The translations under genes were made by a program, and so were the position numbers. The notes beneath the pieces are model-generated. The model had not been told where the DNA came from and ran no database searches. It saw only the letters and a program-made list of their open reading frames with translations. A stretch of 64,000 nucleotides of DNA from Glycera tridactyla. Taxonomy: Eukaryota. Positions 11,930 to 23,053 of the stretch are shown here, piece after piece (the first letter of the stretch is position 1; each line of letters begins with the position of its first letter). The stretch spans positions 15,500,001 to 15,564,000 of the forward strand of contig OZ286475.1 of assembly GCA_965644265.1 (NCBI GenBank), written 5' to 3'.

Positions 11930-13566
11930 ATATCGTTTATTGCATAAGTGACAAACATTACAGATAAATATAACAGGAACAAGAGCAAATCAATAATGGG
12001 GGACCCTGAGGGGTCGTATCAGATACTTATGCAAAGCCAGTCTTCGTTCACAACACAGATGCACCACAGGAACTACAAAATTGAACATTTAAATGCTACG
12101 ACATACAAGGGGATAAATTAATTCAACATAAGATACTATTCAGGAAACACGCACACACAATTGAGGAGCAATATTACCATCTTCAAGATAAATTCTAGCA
12201 CAAGGCAGAGAATATTTTTCAAGGATAAACTGGGTGTAAACACTTGGTGCGTTTATCCAGTAAGGAGATCCACATATCAAGCTGTACATGTTCGACTGAA
12301 AAAAGGATTTCACACAAGTTTGAAAGAATTGAGGCTCTCACAGCTTTTCGTGGCATGGTCTAATTGGTTTCACAAGGATGGACCTCGATAATGTAGGCTT
12401 TTATCGGCAAAATGAAGTTTATTTCTTGGCAAAACAAGATTCAAGCTCTGAGAATGAGTCTGGCATGTTTGTCGAACCATAGGGCAATCGCCTTTTCTCA
12501 CAAATTGAAATGTCACAGGTCCATTTAGAGGGCCATTTATGGCTTTGTAGACCTCGGCGAGCATATGCCTCTGTCTAGATGATTGGAGCTCCTCGACATT
12601 GAGGACTTCATGCAGTTCTTTAGCAGAATAGTTCCAGCCTGATTCATTAATAACACTCAGGCACCTATTCTGAGAGACTTGTAGGTGCTTGCTTTAGAAC
12701 AAGCATCATAAATATAATCTGCATAAAAATAGGTGCAGAGTAATGTATCTACATGACCTCCTCTAGGGGACGCTATTCATATTTGCCATCCGAGTAACTG
12801 ACCACAGACCCTCTCCACTATCTGACTTCTGACCACCTACGTCTGTGTGTGAATCTGTGATTGCTGTGTGTTAGCGTACTCCTGACCGCTTTATCCCATA
12901 TTTCATTCTGCCATTTCCTCTTACAAACTCTATGTGTGTACTCATAACCCAGTATAAAATCGCAATGATATCATCTTTTTGACTTGATTTGGTTATATAT
13001 TTGGTGTACTTACTGCTATGTTTGTGTTAGCACGTAGTATGACCCGGTTTGGTCCCGTGTGAATACCATGTATAAGTATCTAACACAATAAAGAATTCTG
13101 TATTCTGTATACTTTATTCTGTGATAAAGCGGTTGAATGAGGCTATTAAACGAATACAACCCAGTCTCCCGTGTAATTAAGGGAGGTAGATAAGAGAGCG
13201 CTCTCCTTCTAAAATTCACCTTATTATTGACATATCTAATATGGGTCTCAAAAGTTAAATAAGGATCCAGCTGACACCCAGGTACTTATATTTGGGTACA
13301 TGTTCAATCTCAGTATCATCTGACTTGATGTTCAAATCTCTGTTTCGAAGTAAACGTTTGTTTGTCCCAAACAGTATAACTTTTGACTTGTTGATGTTAA
13401 CAGTCAGTTTTAGGTCCTTGAACCCCTTTGAGATACCTACTAGGTCCTCATTCAATTTGTCTTCGACCAATTTGCTATCGGGACCTGACAGGAGTAATGC
13501 TGTGTCATCTGCATACAACAGCAGACGAGAATGTCTGACATAATCATGAATATCATTAACATACAC
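11930..13566 (-). mobile_element. CR1/L2-group LINE-A, RT C-terminus and 3'UTR
   Basis: VYVNDI...LLLYADDTALL, KYKYLG, LDPYLTFETHI, SLIQPL|YADYIYDAC, LHYRGPSL, with aataaa near 11935. Confidence 0.85.
12728..13128 (+). mobile_element. About 400-bp retroposed insertion with (ATTCTGT)n tail inside LINE-A
   Basis: Splits the LINE-A codons QPL|YADY. Ends aataaagaattctgtattctgt...attctgt and shares a 3' motif with 10988-11040. Confidence 0.6.
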
Positions 13567-14161
13567 AGTTAATTACCGTACCTGTCTCTCCCTCAAATTC
13601 TGCATCGCCAATGCTCAACTACCTACATACGAACATTAAAACAATATAAAAACTATTCAGGGGTGTACCCGACTGCTGCAGCTATATCACCATCTAGGAT
13701 AAAGCGCTCTTCGTATTTTCTCAATTCGGCCATTTCGAAAGGTTCTGAGAAAATTCCCTCGTCGATTTATTGATTATTTCGGATGCTTAACTATATACGC
13801 CTACATCGTAGTTTGCTTGGATATACTGCGTTAGTATCAGGATACTGTATATAGGCGTTAGGAGTGTTAATCGCTCTGTAGAGCTTCTACGGCTACAAAC
13901 TTGTTACCATTGAGCGCGCGCTTGTGCGTACGCTCTGTTTCGGAAATTGTTGTTTGTACGGCTGTCAATGAGCGCACTCTCGTGCGTTTGCTCGTGTTGG
14001 GTACTGGTTGTTTACGTTGCCCGGCATACCATACTATCAGCACGATGTATGCACACACCTTTGAAATGGTCCGCTCTTGAATGAGTGTAGACCTGTGATT
14101 TTCATATCAGTGCATTGTTGTTGTTGAAAATTGTATTTGTTTATTGTATATTGCATTTGAC

Positions 14162-17063
14162 ATGTCAAGCAGAAAGGGGCAATGTGGGCATTTCCTTGCG
14201 GGTTGGGACTTGCATGATTACTGCCCCTTCTGTAGAGATTGTGGTAGGAGGAGGGACGAGGACGGTGAGGATTTCGTATGCAATGTATGCGAGACATGGG
14301 ATGACGCCATAAAAGAGTCGTCATTATGCGCGTACGGGGTCGTCCTCGAGTCCTAAAAGGTTCTCGTCTGTGGCTAGCCCATCTGGAGATACGTCCGATA
14401 GGTCCCCTTGTCAAATGCGAAGCAAAGGGTCACCGAAATCGAGAAAGACCCTACCGAAGAAAGCCCCCATTTTTCCAGAGGAAACAGATGTGGCTTCTTC
14501 TTCTCGCGAGTTGGTTGGAGGGGGTGTAAAATCAAAAAAGGGTATGTTTCCCCCCAGATCAGAACCAACATCACCATCACAATTGAATAAACCTGTTCAC
14601 AAACCATCATCACCTAAATCTGTTTCTCATGTTAATGTGGATGAAGATTCCTTCAGACCCCCCTTAGATCCAGCAGGAATAAAGTGACTGGCTAGGAGCA
14701 AAGGGTAAATTCCTCAGGCAGAAGCAGTGGTTTTGTTATCGGTGAATGCTGTGACTGATGGATCTGCACCCTTGACAAAGAGGTTACAAGGTAGGGATCC
14801 GAGTGATGTCTACCAAGGGTCTGAGTCTGTAGAGAAGACTCTGGGCAAGACACTCTCAAAATCAACTCAGTCAAAGGGAGATATTGCTATGGGCTCAGGG
14901 CACCATACATCTCAACCAGCAATTGAACAGTTCTTAGAACGGTTTCCAATTCTCACCAAGCTAAAGAGTAGAGAAAAGTAGGGGTCGGTCCAAGGACCGG
15001 GCATCGGGCACGGACCGGGCTCCGGGCACAGAGAAGGGTGAGCAGGTCAGAGAACTGTCAAAGGACCGGGTACCGGGCAAGCACCAGGCACCGGGCAGTG
15101 AGAGTAGCTTGGACAGGTCCAAGGACAAGTCAGGGGGCGCCCACAGGGCGAGCACGGGGCACCAGGCAGTGACAGCTGTGTGGATAGGTCGAAAGACATA
15201 GTTCACTCAGAAGATAAGTCACAGGGCGCTCACAGGGCACCCGGCAACCACGGGGCACAGGGCACTGGGAAGAGTGCACACAAATCTAAGGAGGTTTCTC
15301 AGTCCAAGGGCCAACCAGACACCGGGCAGCGGGGCTCCAGGGCACCTGATACCATTGCTAAGGCTCCCACTAAGTCTGGGAAGGATCCTTCCAAAGAGAC
15401 CAGTGTTAGTCCACCTAAGAAGTCTAGGGCTACTCCCTCAGTATGGGACAATCAGAGGAGTAGTGTAGGGGTGTTGCCCACAGTTCATGAAGCTTCTGAA
15501 CCTGAGGAATCGAGTTCAGATAATGAACCGGATATTTTGCCAACTCAGATTTTCGGTTCAGGGTCAGACTGTAACCCACATGAAAGGTTGTTCAGATTAT
15601 TGTATGATAAGCTTCCACCAGTGAAGGTTAGAGTTCAGACCGGCGCAGAGAGACAGGTCTTCACCAGAGAACAGAGTCATAGACCAGAATCTTCAAGTGG
15701 TAGATCCGATATCAGGAAGAGAAAGATTTCAGTGGCAGGATATTCAGATAATGAGTCAGATCGTTCATCTCTTAAGAAGGTGAAACGGCCTCCTGAATGG
15801 TGGGCACGTATGAGGCAGATAAGAACCCCTGAAACTGTTTTGAGACCCCAAGAGGCTGATCAAGTGGATCAGATTCCTATCCAACCTGACGATGAGGAGG
15901 AGAGAATTGATCAAATGGTAGAAAATAAATCTACAAATGCCCTTATTCATAGCCTCAGGCAGGAGATCCTTAGCCTTCGCAAGGAAGTGAAGGAGACCAA
16001 GGATCAGAATACTCCTCCTGCGGATCCAGAGGAGAAAGAGTCAGAAAATCCGGCACAGATCAGAAGGTTACAGACCTTTCGTAGATCTGCCTCAGAGCTC
16101 TCACCCCACTACATGGGTACTCCAGATCCTTCAGAAGTTGAATTTTCGGGTATGTCAACTGATATGTTGAAAACCGCTCATCCTAAACAGGTTCAAGATG
16201 AAGAGGTGGATAGGTTGATTGATACAACGCTCCCATGGTCACCACTTATATTGAATGTCATGACATTCTTAGATGAGAATCTTCAAGGCAGGGAAAAACG
16301 TCAACCAAAGATCCCAGAGGATTCACCTCTGGAGGACTTTGTGGCAGGAAAAGGGGGCAAAACAGAGGCTTTAACAAGAGTGTTCAAGCCTAACTTTCCA
16401 ATTGTCATTGGATGCAATCCCAGAGTATATAAGATTCGACCACCACCAGATCAACCAGAGGGTTATCTAGCAGTGCCATCTGAGATAGACGTCAATTATG
16501 ACAATTGGGGAAAATCTTCGAAGGCAGAGCTGAAGGCCTCGCCTGAGGAGATAATGCTTAAGGATTCCCTGAAAGTGTTGTCCTACGCGGATGTGGCATT
16601 AGCTGCAACTATTAGGTCAACACACGAGGATGTAGCAGACTCACCAGATGTCCCAGAAAAAGCGCAAATGTCCATGGACATAGGCCTCAAAGCAATAGAA
16701 CATGCTACGTATATTGTAGCTAAGGTAGCAGGCAACTTAGAACTACAAAGAAGAACTGTGGCCTTGAAGACAATGAACGTGGATGACACGGCAAAGGCAC
16801 AGGTAAGATCCTTACCTCTAGGCCAGAAGTACTTGTTTGGGGGTAGGTTAGAGGAGGCCGCTGATGAGTCAATGGAGAGATCTGAAAAGAGACGAAACAT
16901 GGAATATGATTTCAGAATGGGTTTCTCTCCTGTTGTTTCCAAGAACACATCTCAGCAGAAGGACCAGAAAACTCAGTCCAAATCTGCATCTCGATCAAGG
17001 GGTGGTTCTTGGAGAGGTCGTGGTAGGGGCAGAGGTGCAGGACGTTCTTATGAGGAATCTTAG
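14162..17063 (+). pseudogene. DIRS gag-like ORF1 (frameshifted; longest open piece 15180-17063)
   Basis: N-terminal Cys/His cluster CGHF...DLHDYCPFC...CNVC..W and C-terminal LELQRR...LPLGQKYLFGGRLEE followed by an RGG tail, typical of animal DIRS ORF1. Broken into four ORFs. Confidence 0.75.
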
Positions 17064-17139
17064 TCCCAAAATTACTACCAGCCACAGCAGCAGCAACAAC
17101 AGCAACACCAGCAACATCAGTATAGTCAGGCTCAGAACA

Positions 17140-18730
17140 AATCAGAGCGCAGACCTTATGGCAAAAGAGGGGGTCGGGGCAGAGCCCGTAGGCCCTAGGA
17201 TGAGGAGCGCCTCTCTCTCATCACAATGTGTGGGGGCCAGGCTGGCTCAATTTCTACCAGCCTGGCAGACTCTGACCGGGAACAGATTTGTTCTATCTAT
17301 AATCAAAGACGGGTTGACACTCAATTTCAACAACCCTGCAAATCTATCGAAGAAGTTTCTTCCATTCAAGGGACCCAAATCCGGGTCTCTGAAGTCAATA
17401 GCCCTCCTGGAAGAAATTCAGAAGATGCTAGAGAAACAAGCGGTTATCAAATTGTCACCAGATTGCAAAGAAGGTTACTACAGCAATCTCTTTCTGGTGG
17501 CCAAAGCATCAGAAGGATTCAGGCCCGTGATCAACCTAAAACCGTTCAACAGGTCGATCCACAATCAAAAATTCACAATGGAGACGGTCAGGTCTGTTGT
17601 GAAGGCAGTGCTCCCGGGGGATTGGTCAGTCTTAATCGACATCCCGGACGCTTATTTTCATATTCCCATTCACAAGGACCATCAGAAATATCTTTGTTTT
17701 GCGGTGTCAAGCAAAGAAGCCTACCAGTTTCGGGCACTTCCGTTCGGCCTCTGCTCGGCACCGTGGATATTTACGATGGTCCTGAGGGAGCTGGCACAGC
17801 ACCTTCATATGAAGGGAGTGAAAGTACATTTGTACTTAGACAATTGGCTCATTTGTCACCAGAATGGTCAGATATTGATGGAGCACCTGGAGTATGTCAT
17901 CCAGATTGCCATACAATTAAAGTGGATTGTCAACGAGGAAAATTCAGAGCTCGTTTCTCGTCGGCAATTCACCTATCTGGGTGTCGATTTCGACACCCAG
18001 ACTCAGACAGTTTCTCCGACCGAGAGGAGGATTCTCAATCTCGAGTCTTGCATCAACCTGTTCCTCAGGAGACCATGTCAACCAGCAAGGGCAATATTGC
18101 GCCTCCTGGGACACATGTCAAGTTTATCAGATTTTGTGAGAGTAGGCAGACTACACATGAGACCGATTCAGGTTTGCCTATTATCCCGTTGGAGACCACA
18201 TATAGACAGTCTGGAAATAATGATAGATTTTCCACAGGAAATTTCAGAGATCTCAGCCTTGTGGTAGAATAGAGAAAACACGATGTCAGGAGTGCCATTA
18301 TCTCTGCCGGATCTAGACATCACAGTCACAACCGACGCATCTTCGTCAGGTTGGGGAGCCCAAATTGTGGGTCCAGATTTCAGGGACCAGATCTCGGAAG
18401 ACTGGCCATCGAGTTACGAAGGAAGGTCTATAAACTCGTTAGAGTTAGAGGCGGTGTTGTCGGCTCTAGAAGCATTCCATCTATTGATCCAGAACAACAC
18501 TGTCATGATACTTTCAGACAACATAACCACGATAGCGTACATAAAGAATCAAGGGGGCACGCACAGCACACTACTTTGTGGCTTGGCGTGGCAGATTTGG
18601 ATGTTTGCAGAGGCCAGAAACGTCACTCTGAGAGTGAACCATATTCCGGGCAAGCAAAACATGGTCGCAGACGCGTTATCGGGAGCCCAACCTATTCAGA
18701 CAGAATGGGAACTTCACCCCCCATATCTTT
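17140..18730 (+). pseudogene. DIRS reverse transcriptase and RNase H
   Basis: GYYSNLFLV..RPVINLK, IDIPDAYFHIPI, ALPFGL, LYLDNWL (YLDD variant), TTDASSSGWG, INSLELEAV, SDN, HIPGKQNMVADALS. Stop at 18265-18267. Confidence 0.95.
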
Positions 18731-18754
18731 CGGAACATTTTAGAGTGGTTCCAA

Positions 18755-19171
18755 GTGGATCCACTAGTGGATCTGATGGGCACACATCAGAACAAGAAGC
18801 TGCTAATCTTTGTGAGCCCTGTCCCGGACCCAGCCGTACTAGCGGTAGAAGCCCTCTCTCTGCAGTGGAACCAGTTTTCCATAGCTTACGTCTTTTCACT
18901 GACAGCTCTGATTCGGGAGACTCTTGACAAGATCAGAGAATCAGAGATCATTCTGATATGTGTGGCTCCCTGGTGGCCGAACCAGGCGTGGTTCCCGGAT
19001 CTGTTGGAACTATCCGTGACCAACCCAGTGGAGCTGCCGACGCCGAGAGACATTTTGACCCAGGTTGTGAAGGGGAAGAGGCTGAACCATCACAAGCCTC
19101 AGGTCCTCAACCTTCACGCCTGGTGTTTATTAGGCAAGCCCTTATCAACAAAGGCTACTCGGCTGAGGTAG
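18755..19171 (+). pseudogene. DIRS DNA N6-adenine methyltransferase-like domain
   Basis: DLMGTHQNKKL..FVSPVPDP.VLAVEALSLQW...YVFSL...APWWPNQAWFP is the domain found after RNase H in DIRS1 elements. The expected YAFPP motif is degenerate. Confidence 0.8.
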
Positions 19172-20940
19172 TCCGCAGAATCGCGGCACCCCCCAGGGAG
19201 TCCACAAACCGAATATATGACGCGAGATGGGAAGTCTGGGGCCAGTGGTGTAGGGACAATAGGATTGATCTGATCTCTGCACCTCTGGTCTCAATAGAAA
19301 ATTTCTTTCTGTTTCAATGGGACAAGGGTAAAGGTCTGGAAACTCTCAAGGGCTATAAGTCTGCCCTGGCTTCAGTATTTTCCTTGTATGATAATCCAAT
19401 ATTAGATTCAATGGATATCAAGAGACTCTTCAAGAATTTTGCATTGGAGAGACCTGTTCAAAGGAAATTGGTTCCCACTTGGAACTTGCCATTAGTTCTT
19501 TTTTTTCTAAAGAAAGAGCCGTTCAATGACTTCGAACAGCTGTCTTTAGAGAATTTGTCCCTGAAAACTTTTTTTTTCTGATAGCGCTCGCCTCAGGAAG
19601 GAGAAGGAGCGAGCTTCATTCTGCGTTCTGGTTTACTAGAAGCAGTACGTTTTTCTAGAGACAAATCCAAAGTAACTTTAACTTCCTCGCCAGGGTTCTT
19701 GACAAAGAACCAGAAACCAGATGAAGGGACACCCTTTATAGAGATCCCCCCCCCCAGGATTATTTATTTAACCTGGGGATCTATACTTACCATTTCTCCC
19801 TCAAATTAAGCATTCCCCAGGCCGAAGTGCCTACTAGCGAACATTACAACAGTATAAATTTCAATTGGAGGATGTGACCTCCCTCCAACCTCCTCTTCCA
19901 CTAGATGGTGGTGTATGTCAACACCACCACTAGAGGTTGGAGCGACCGTCCTGTGTATCTGCATATTTCTCAACTTCGCGCCATTGTGGCAGGTTGAGAG
20001 ATACCCGGGCTTGCAGAAAATATCATTTTATGCTCGCCTACGGCGCTTCATTAGATCTTTTTTCGCTTATCTATCTGGATATAGATCATTCACATTTGGA
20101 TCTGTGCGGAATTAGCACTTGATTGCGTTTGCGAACTATATATTGACTGTAATTGTTTGTTTACGTTTGCTATAGCAGGATCGCTGGACAGTTATAGCGT
20201 GCGCTGCCCGCCGCAACAAGTGGTTGCCGTGAGCGACGGCTTGTGTACCGGCCGCTGTCAGCGGTCCCGGTCTTCGCAGATAGACGATAGTTATTGTTTG
20301 TTTACCAGAATTGATTACCAGGAGCGTCGGCTTGTGTTTTTGGCAGCCGTCAGCGGTCCCTGTTTCGGCGAAAATCATTGCTTGTTCACCAGAATGTCAC
20401 TATTCACACGATGTTATATTGTTGTAATGTTCGCTAGTAGGCACTTCAGCCTGGGGAATGCTTAATTTGAGGGAGAAATGGTACAGATAGATCCCAGCGA
20501 TCCCGAGACATAGTGAGGAAGTTGAAGTTAGCAATGAGTTTTATCCCGTTAGGGCACTTGAAACATATCTCAGAAGGACAGCTGCAATCAGAGGAAATAG
20601 GAGACGCCTGTTTATTCCTTTAGGGGGATCTCAAACATCTGAGATTAGAATAGACAGAGTGTCTGGATGGATCAGTCAGCTCATTTTGATAGCTTACCAT
20701 ACCAAAGGTGAACATGGTCAGGATAACGTGTCAGCACATGAGGTGAGAGCATTATCTGCATCATGGACTCTATTCAATAGGTCAACATCAGTTCACGAGA
20801 TAATGCAAGCTGCATTTTGGGGGTCTAGCAACAGGTTTGCTACTTTTTACCTCCGTGATATGTGTGGGCAGGCGATGAACCTGTATTCTTTGGGTCCAAT
20901 TGTGGCAGGACAGTCTGTCATCTGTCCACCTTCACAGTAA
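19130..20940 (+). pseudogene. DIRS tyrosine recombinase, split by a 747-bp insertion
   Basis: LASGRRRSELH and TKNQ before the insertion; FYPVRALETYL, AHEVRA and FWGSSNRFATFY after it. Removing 19749-20495 restores ...PFIEIP-AIPRHSEE... in frame. Confidence 0.9.
19749..20495 (-). mobile_element. Non-coding mini-element with DIRS-type termini
   Basis: 75-bp inverted repeats at 19776-19850 and 20421-20495 (4 mismatches), terminal hairpin CCAGG-ATTATTTATTTAA-CCTGG, and AGATCCC on both sides (19742-19748, 20489-20495). Confidence 0.9.
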
Positions 20941-21205
20941 TATTACTGTGAATATTTAGGGTGATTAGAACATGATGTTCTTTTCAATTAGTCCCTCCAT
21001 CTCCGTTTTATGCGGATGAAGAACTTGAGGGAGAGACAGGTACAGTAATTAACTAATTCCGGGTTTATTTAACCCGGATGTTGATACCTACCTGTCTCTC
21101 CCTCAAAAGATGTACCCTCCCATCCGTCCCGGCTAATTGTTGTTAAATACGAGGAGCGCATGCACGCTCGACGCTATGTTAGCGCAGTTGATCCGACACA
21201 GATAA

Positions 21206-22803
21206 CCCTATTCAAGTTGATTGCGATCGGTCATTCAGGTAAGATTGAAACCATTTAACACAGCTTTCACTGAAATTGTTGCCACTGAGTCTCCTCAGTA
21301 TAATCACATGGTTGACTGTATCGAAAGCTTTTTTCAGGTCCAGGAAGAGGACCCCATTGGCCATGCCGTCATCAGCCGAATGATATATATCGTCCAACAG
21401 AGAAGCAAGACAAGAGCCAGTGGAGTATCCCATCCTGAACCCGAATTGAACCTTACTAAGAGTATGATACTTCGCCGTGAAAGAACTGGCTTGGTCATTT
21501 ATGAGGCGTTCCATAACTTTCTCAAGTATACAAAGAAGAGAAATAGGTCTAAAATTACCTAGATCATTGGTCAGCCCACCCTTATGTAAAACACTGATGG
21601 CAGCATGCTTCCAGTTCGTAGGGAACATCGCGTCTGGAATTGACATGTTATAGATATGGACCAATGTCGGACAGATTGACATGGAAGCCTGCTTGATATA
21701 ATAACTACTAATACCATCTGAGCCATAGGATGAAGTGTTGTTAAGATGACATATAACTTGATGGACATCCGACTCTTTAACCTCTTCAAGGTACAGACTA
21801 TCAAAATTGTCTGTACACTCAACATTACATATATCTGTATTTATAGTAGGAACAACAGATTCACCGGAGGTCAGGGGCCAGATACGTTACAACTGTTTCC
21901 ACAGGTGTTTACTGTCCCCTTTAACCTCGTTCAGGCTATCATTGATAAATGACCTTTTCAAAGATTTTTTCATCCGGTTTTTCACACGTACAGCTTCCCT
22001 TTTCATCTCTGCATCAAAGGCAGTGGGGACATAATAAAGTTTTGCCCTATAATCAACATAGTCAATCATGCTCAAAAACTCATGATTGACCCATGGCTGG
22101 TGGTCAGATTTACATGGAACTTTTTTCAGGGGGGCATGTTTGTCTACGATCTCAATGAAGTCCCTAGTGAACGAGTCAGAAGCTTCATCGACATTAGCGA
22201 CATTGAGTGTAGAAATCCAATCATGATTAACTAACTCCTGGTTGAATCTATTGTGATCAAATCTACATCTTGAGCCTATCTCGATCATCACTTTTGGTCG
22301 TTTGACTTTGCATCTAGTAACAAAAGTTAGACAGTGATCACTTAGACATGGATCCAGGACACCGAAGCGACTATAATATTCTGGCCTGTTGACCAATATT
22401 TGATCAATACAAGTCTTACTTGTTGAACCATCACACGTTGCCATATCATTCTGATGGTATAGACCCATGAATTCACAGAACTTCATGTAGGCCAAGGTCT
22501 TATGATTCAAGTTGGTCAATAAATCAACATTAAGATCCCCAAGAATTATTGTATCACTCAGGGTTGAAAAAAGCGGCCTAGCTAAAGGCTGCCATCTGGC
22601 GGACGATAGATTACTATGTAATGCGTAGGTCTGGTTTGCTTAAGATGCAAAGTGAAACAAAGCATTTCCAAATCAGAGGAACAGTGACAAAGTTCTACAT
22701 TTAAACTTGTATTTAAATGGCCAGAAACATAAACCAAGATTCCTCCGCCACCTGATTTGTCACATGTAGCTGTCCTATCCTGTCGAGAAAATTTGTAGGT
22801 AGG
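21206..22803 (-). mobile_element. LINE-A middle part (APE C-half and RT N-half)
   Basis: SIPTYKFSRQDR..GGGGILVYV, IYRPP, CIDQILVN, LSDHCL, NFRPISLL, QFGFR, FLDLKKAFDTVNH, SYLNDRSQ. Confidence 0.9.
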
Positions 22804-23053
22804 GATACTAATACTAATAATAATAATAATAATAATGGACATTTATATAGCGCCTTTTCCTCAGTGAGCTCAAGGGCGCTTTACATGAAGGTGTACCTGA
22901 AAAGCAAGACATGGAATCAAGTTGGTGGAAATGCAATATTAAACAAATGTGTCTTGAGTCTGGTCTTGAAGGTGTTGACCGTAGGTGAAAGTTTGATGTC
23001 TAATGGCAGTGAGTTGTACAAGGATGGAGCAGCATAGGCAAAGGCACGATTCC

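Larger units (their letters stand above)
13567..21205 (+). mobile_element. DIRS1-like tyrosine-recombinase retrotransposon (disrupted; right terminus apparently lost)
   Basis: Left end 13567-13596 is complementary to 21025-21054 (29/30 nt, ICR). This is followed by hairpin CCGGG-TTTATTTAA-CCCGG and a direct copy at 21089-21107. Internal order is gag, RT, RNase H, methyltransferase, YR. Confidence 0.95.

Noticed and set aside
16864-17140. N-terminal extension of the 467-aa RT ORF as a distinct domain
   Set aside because: It is alternative-frame overlap with the gag 3' end, which is normal for DIRS overlapping ORFs.
18755-19171. Novel DNA methyltransferase gene or horizontal transfer from bacteria
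   Set aside because: This is a standard component of DIRS1-like elements, and the catalytic motif is degenerate here.
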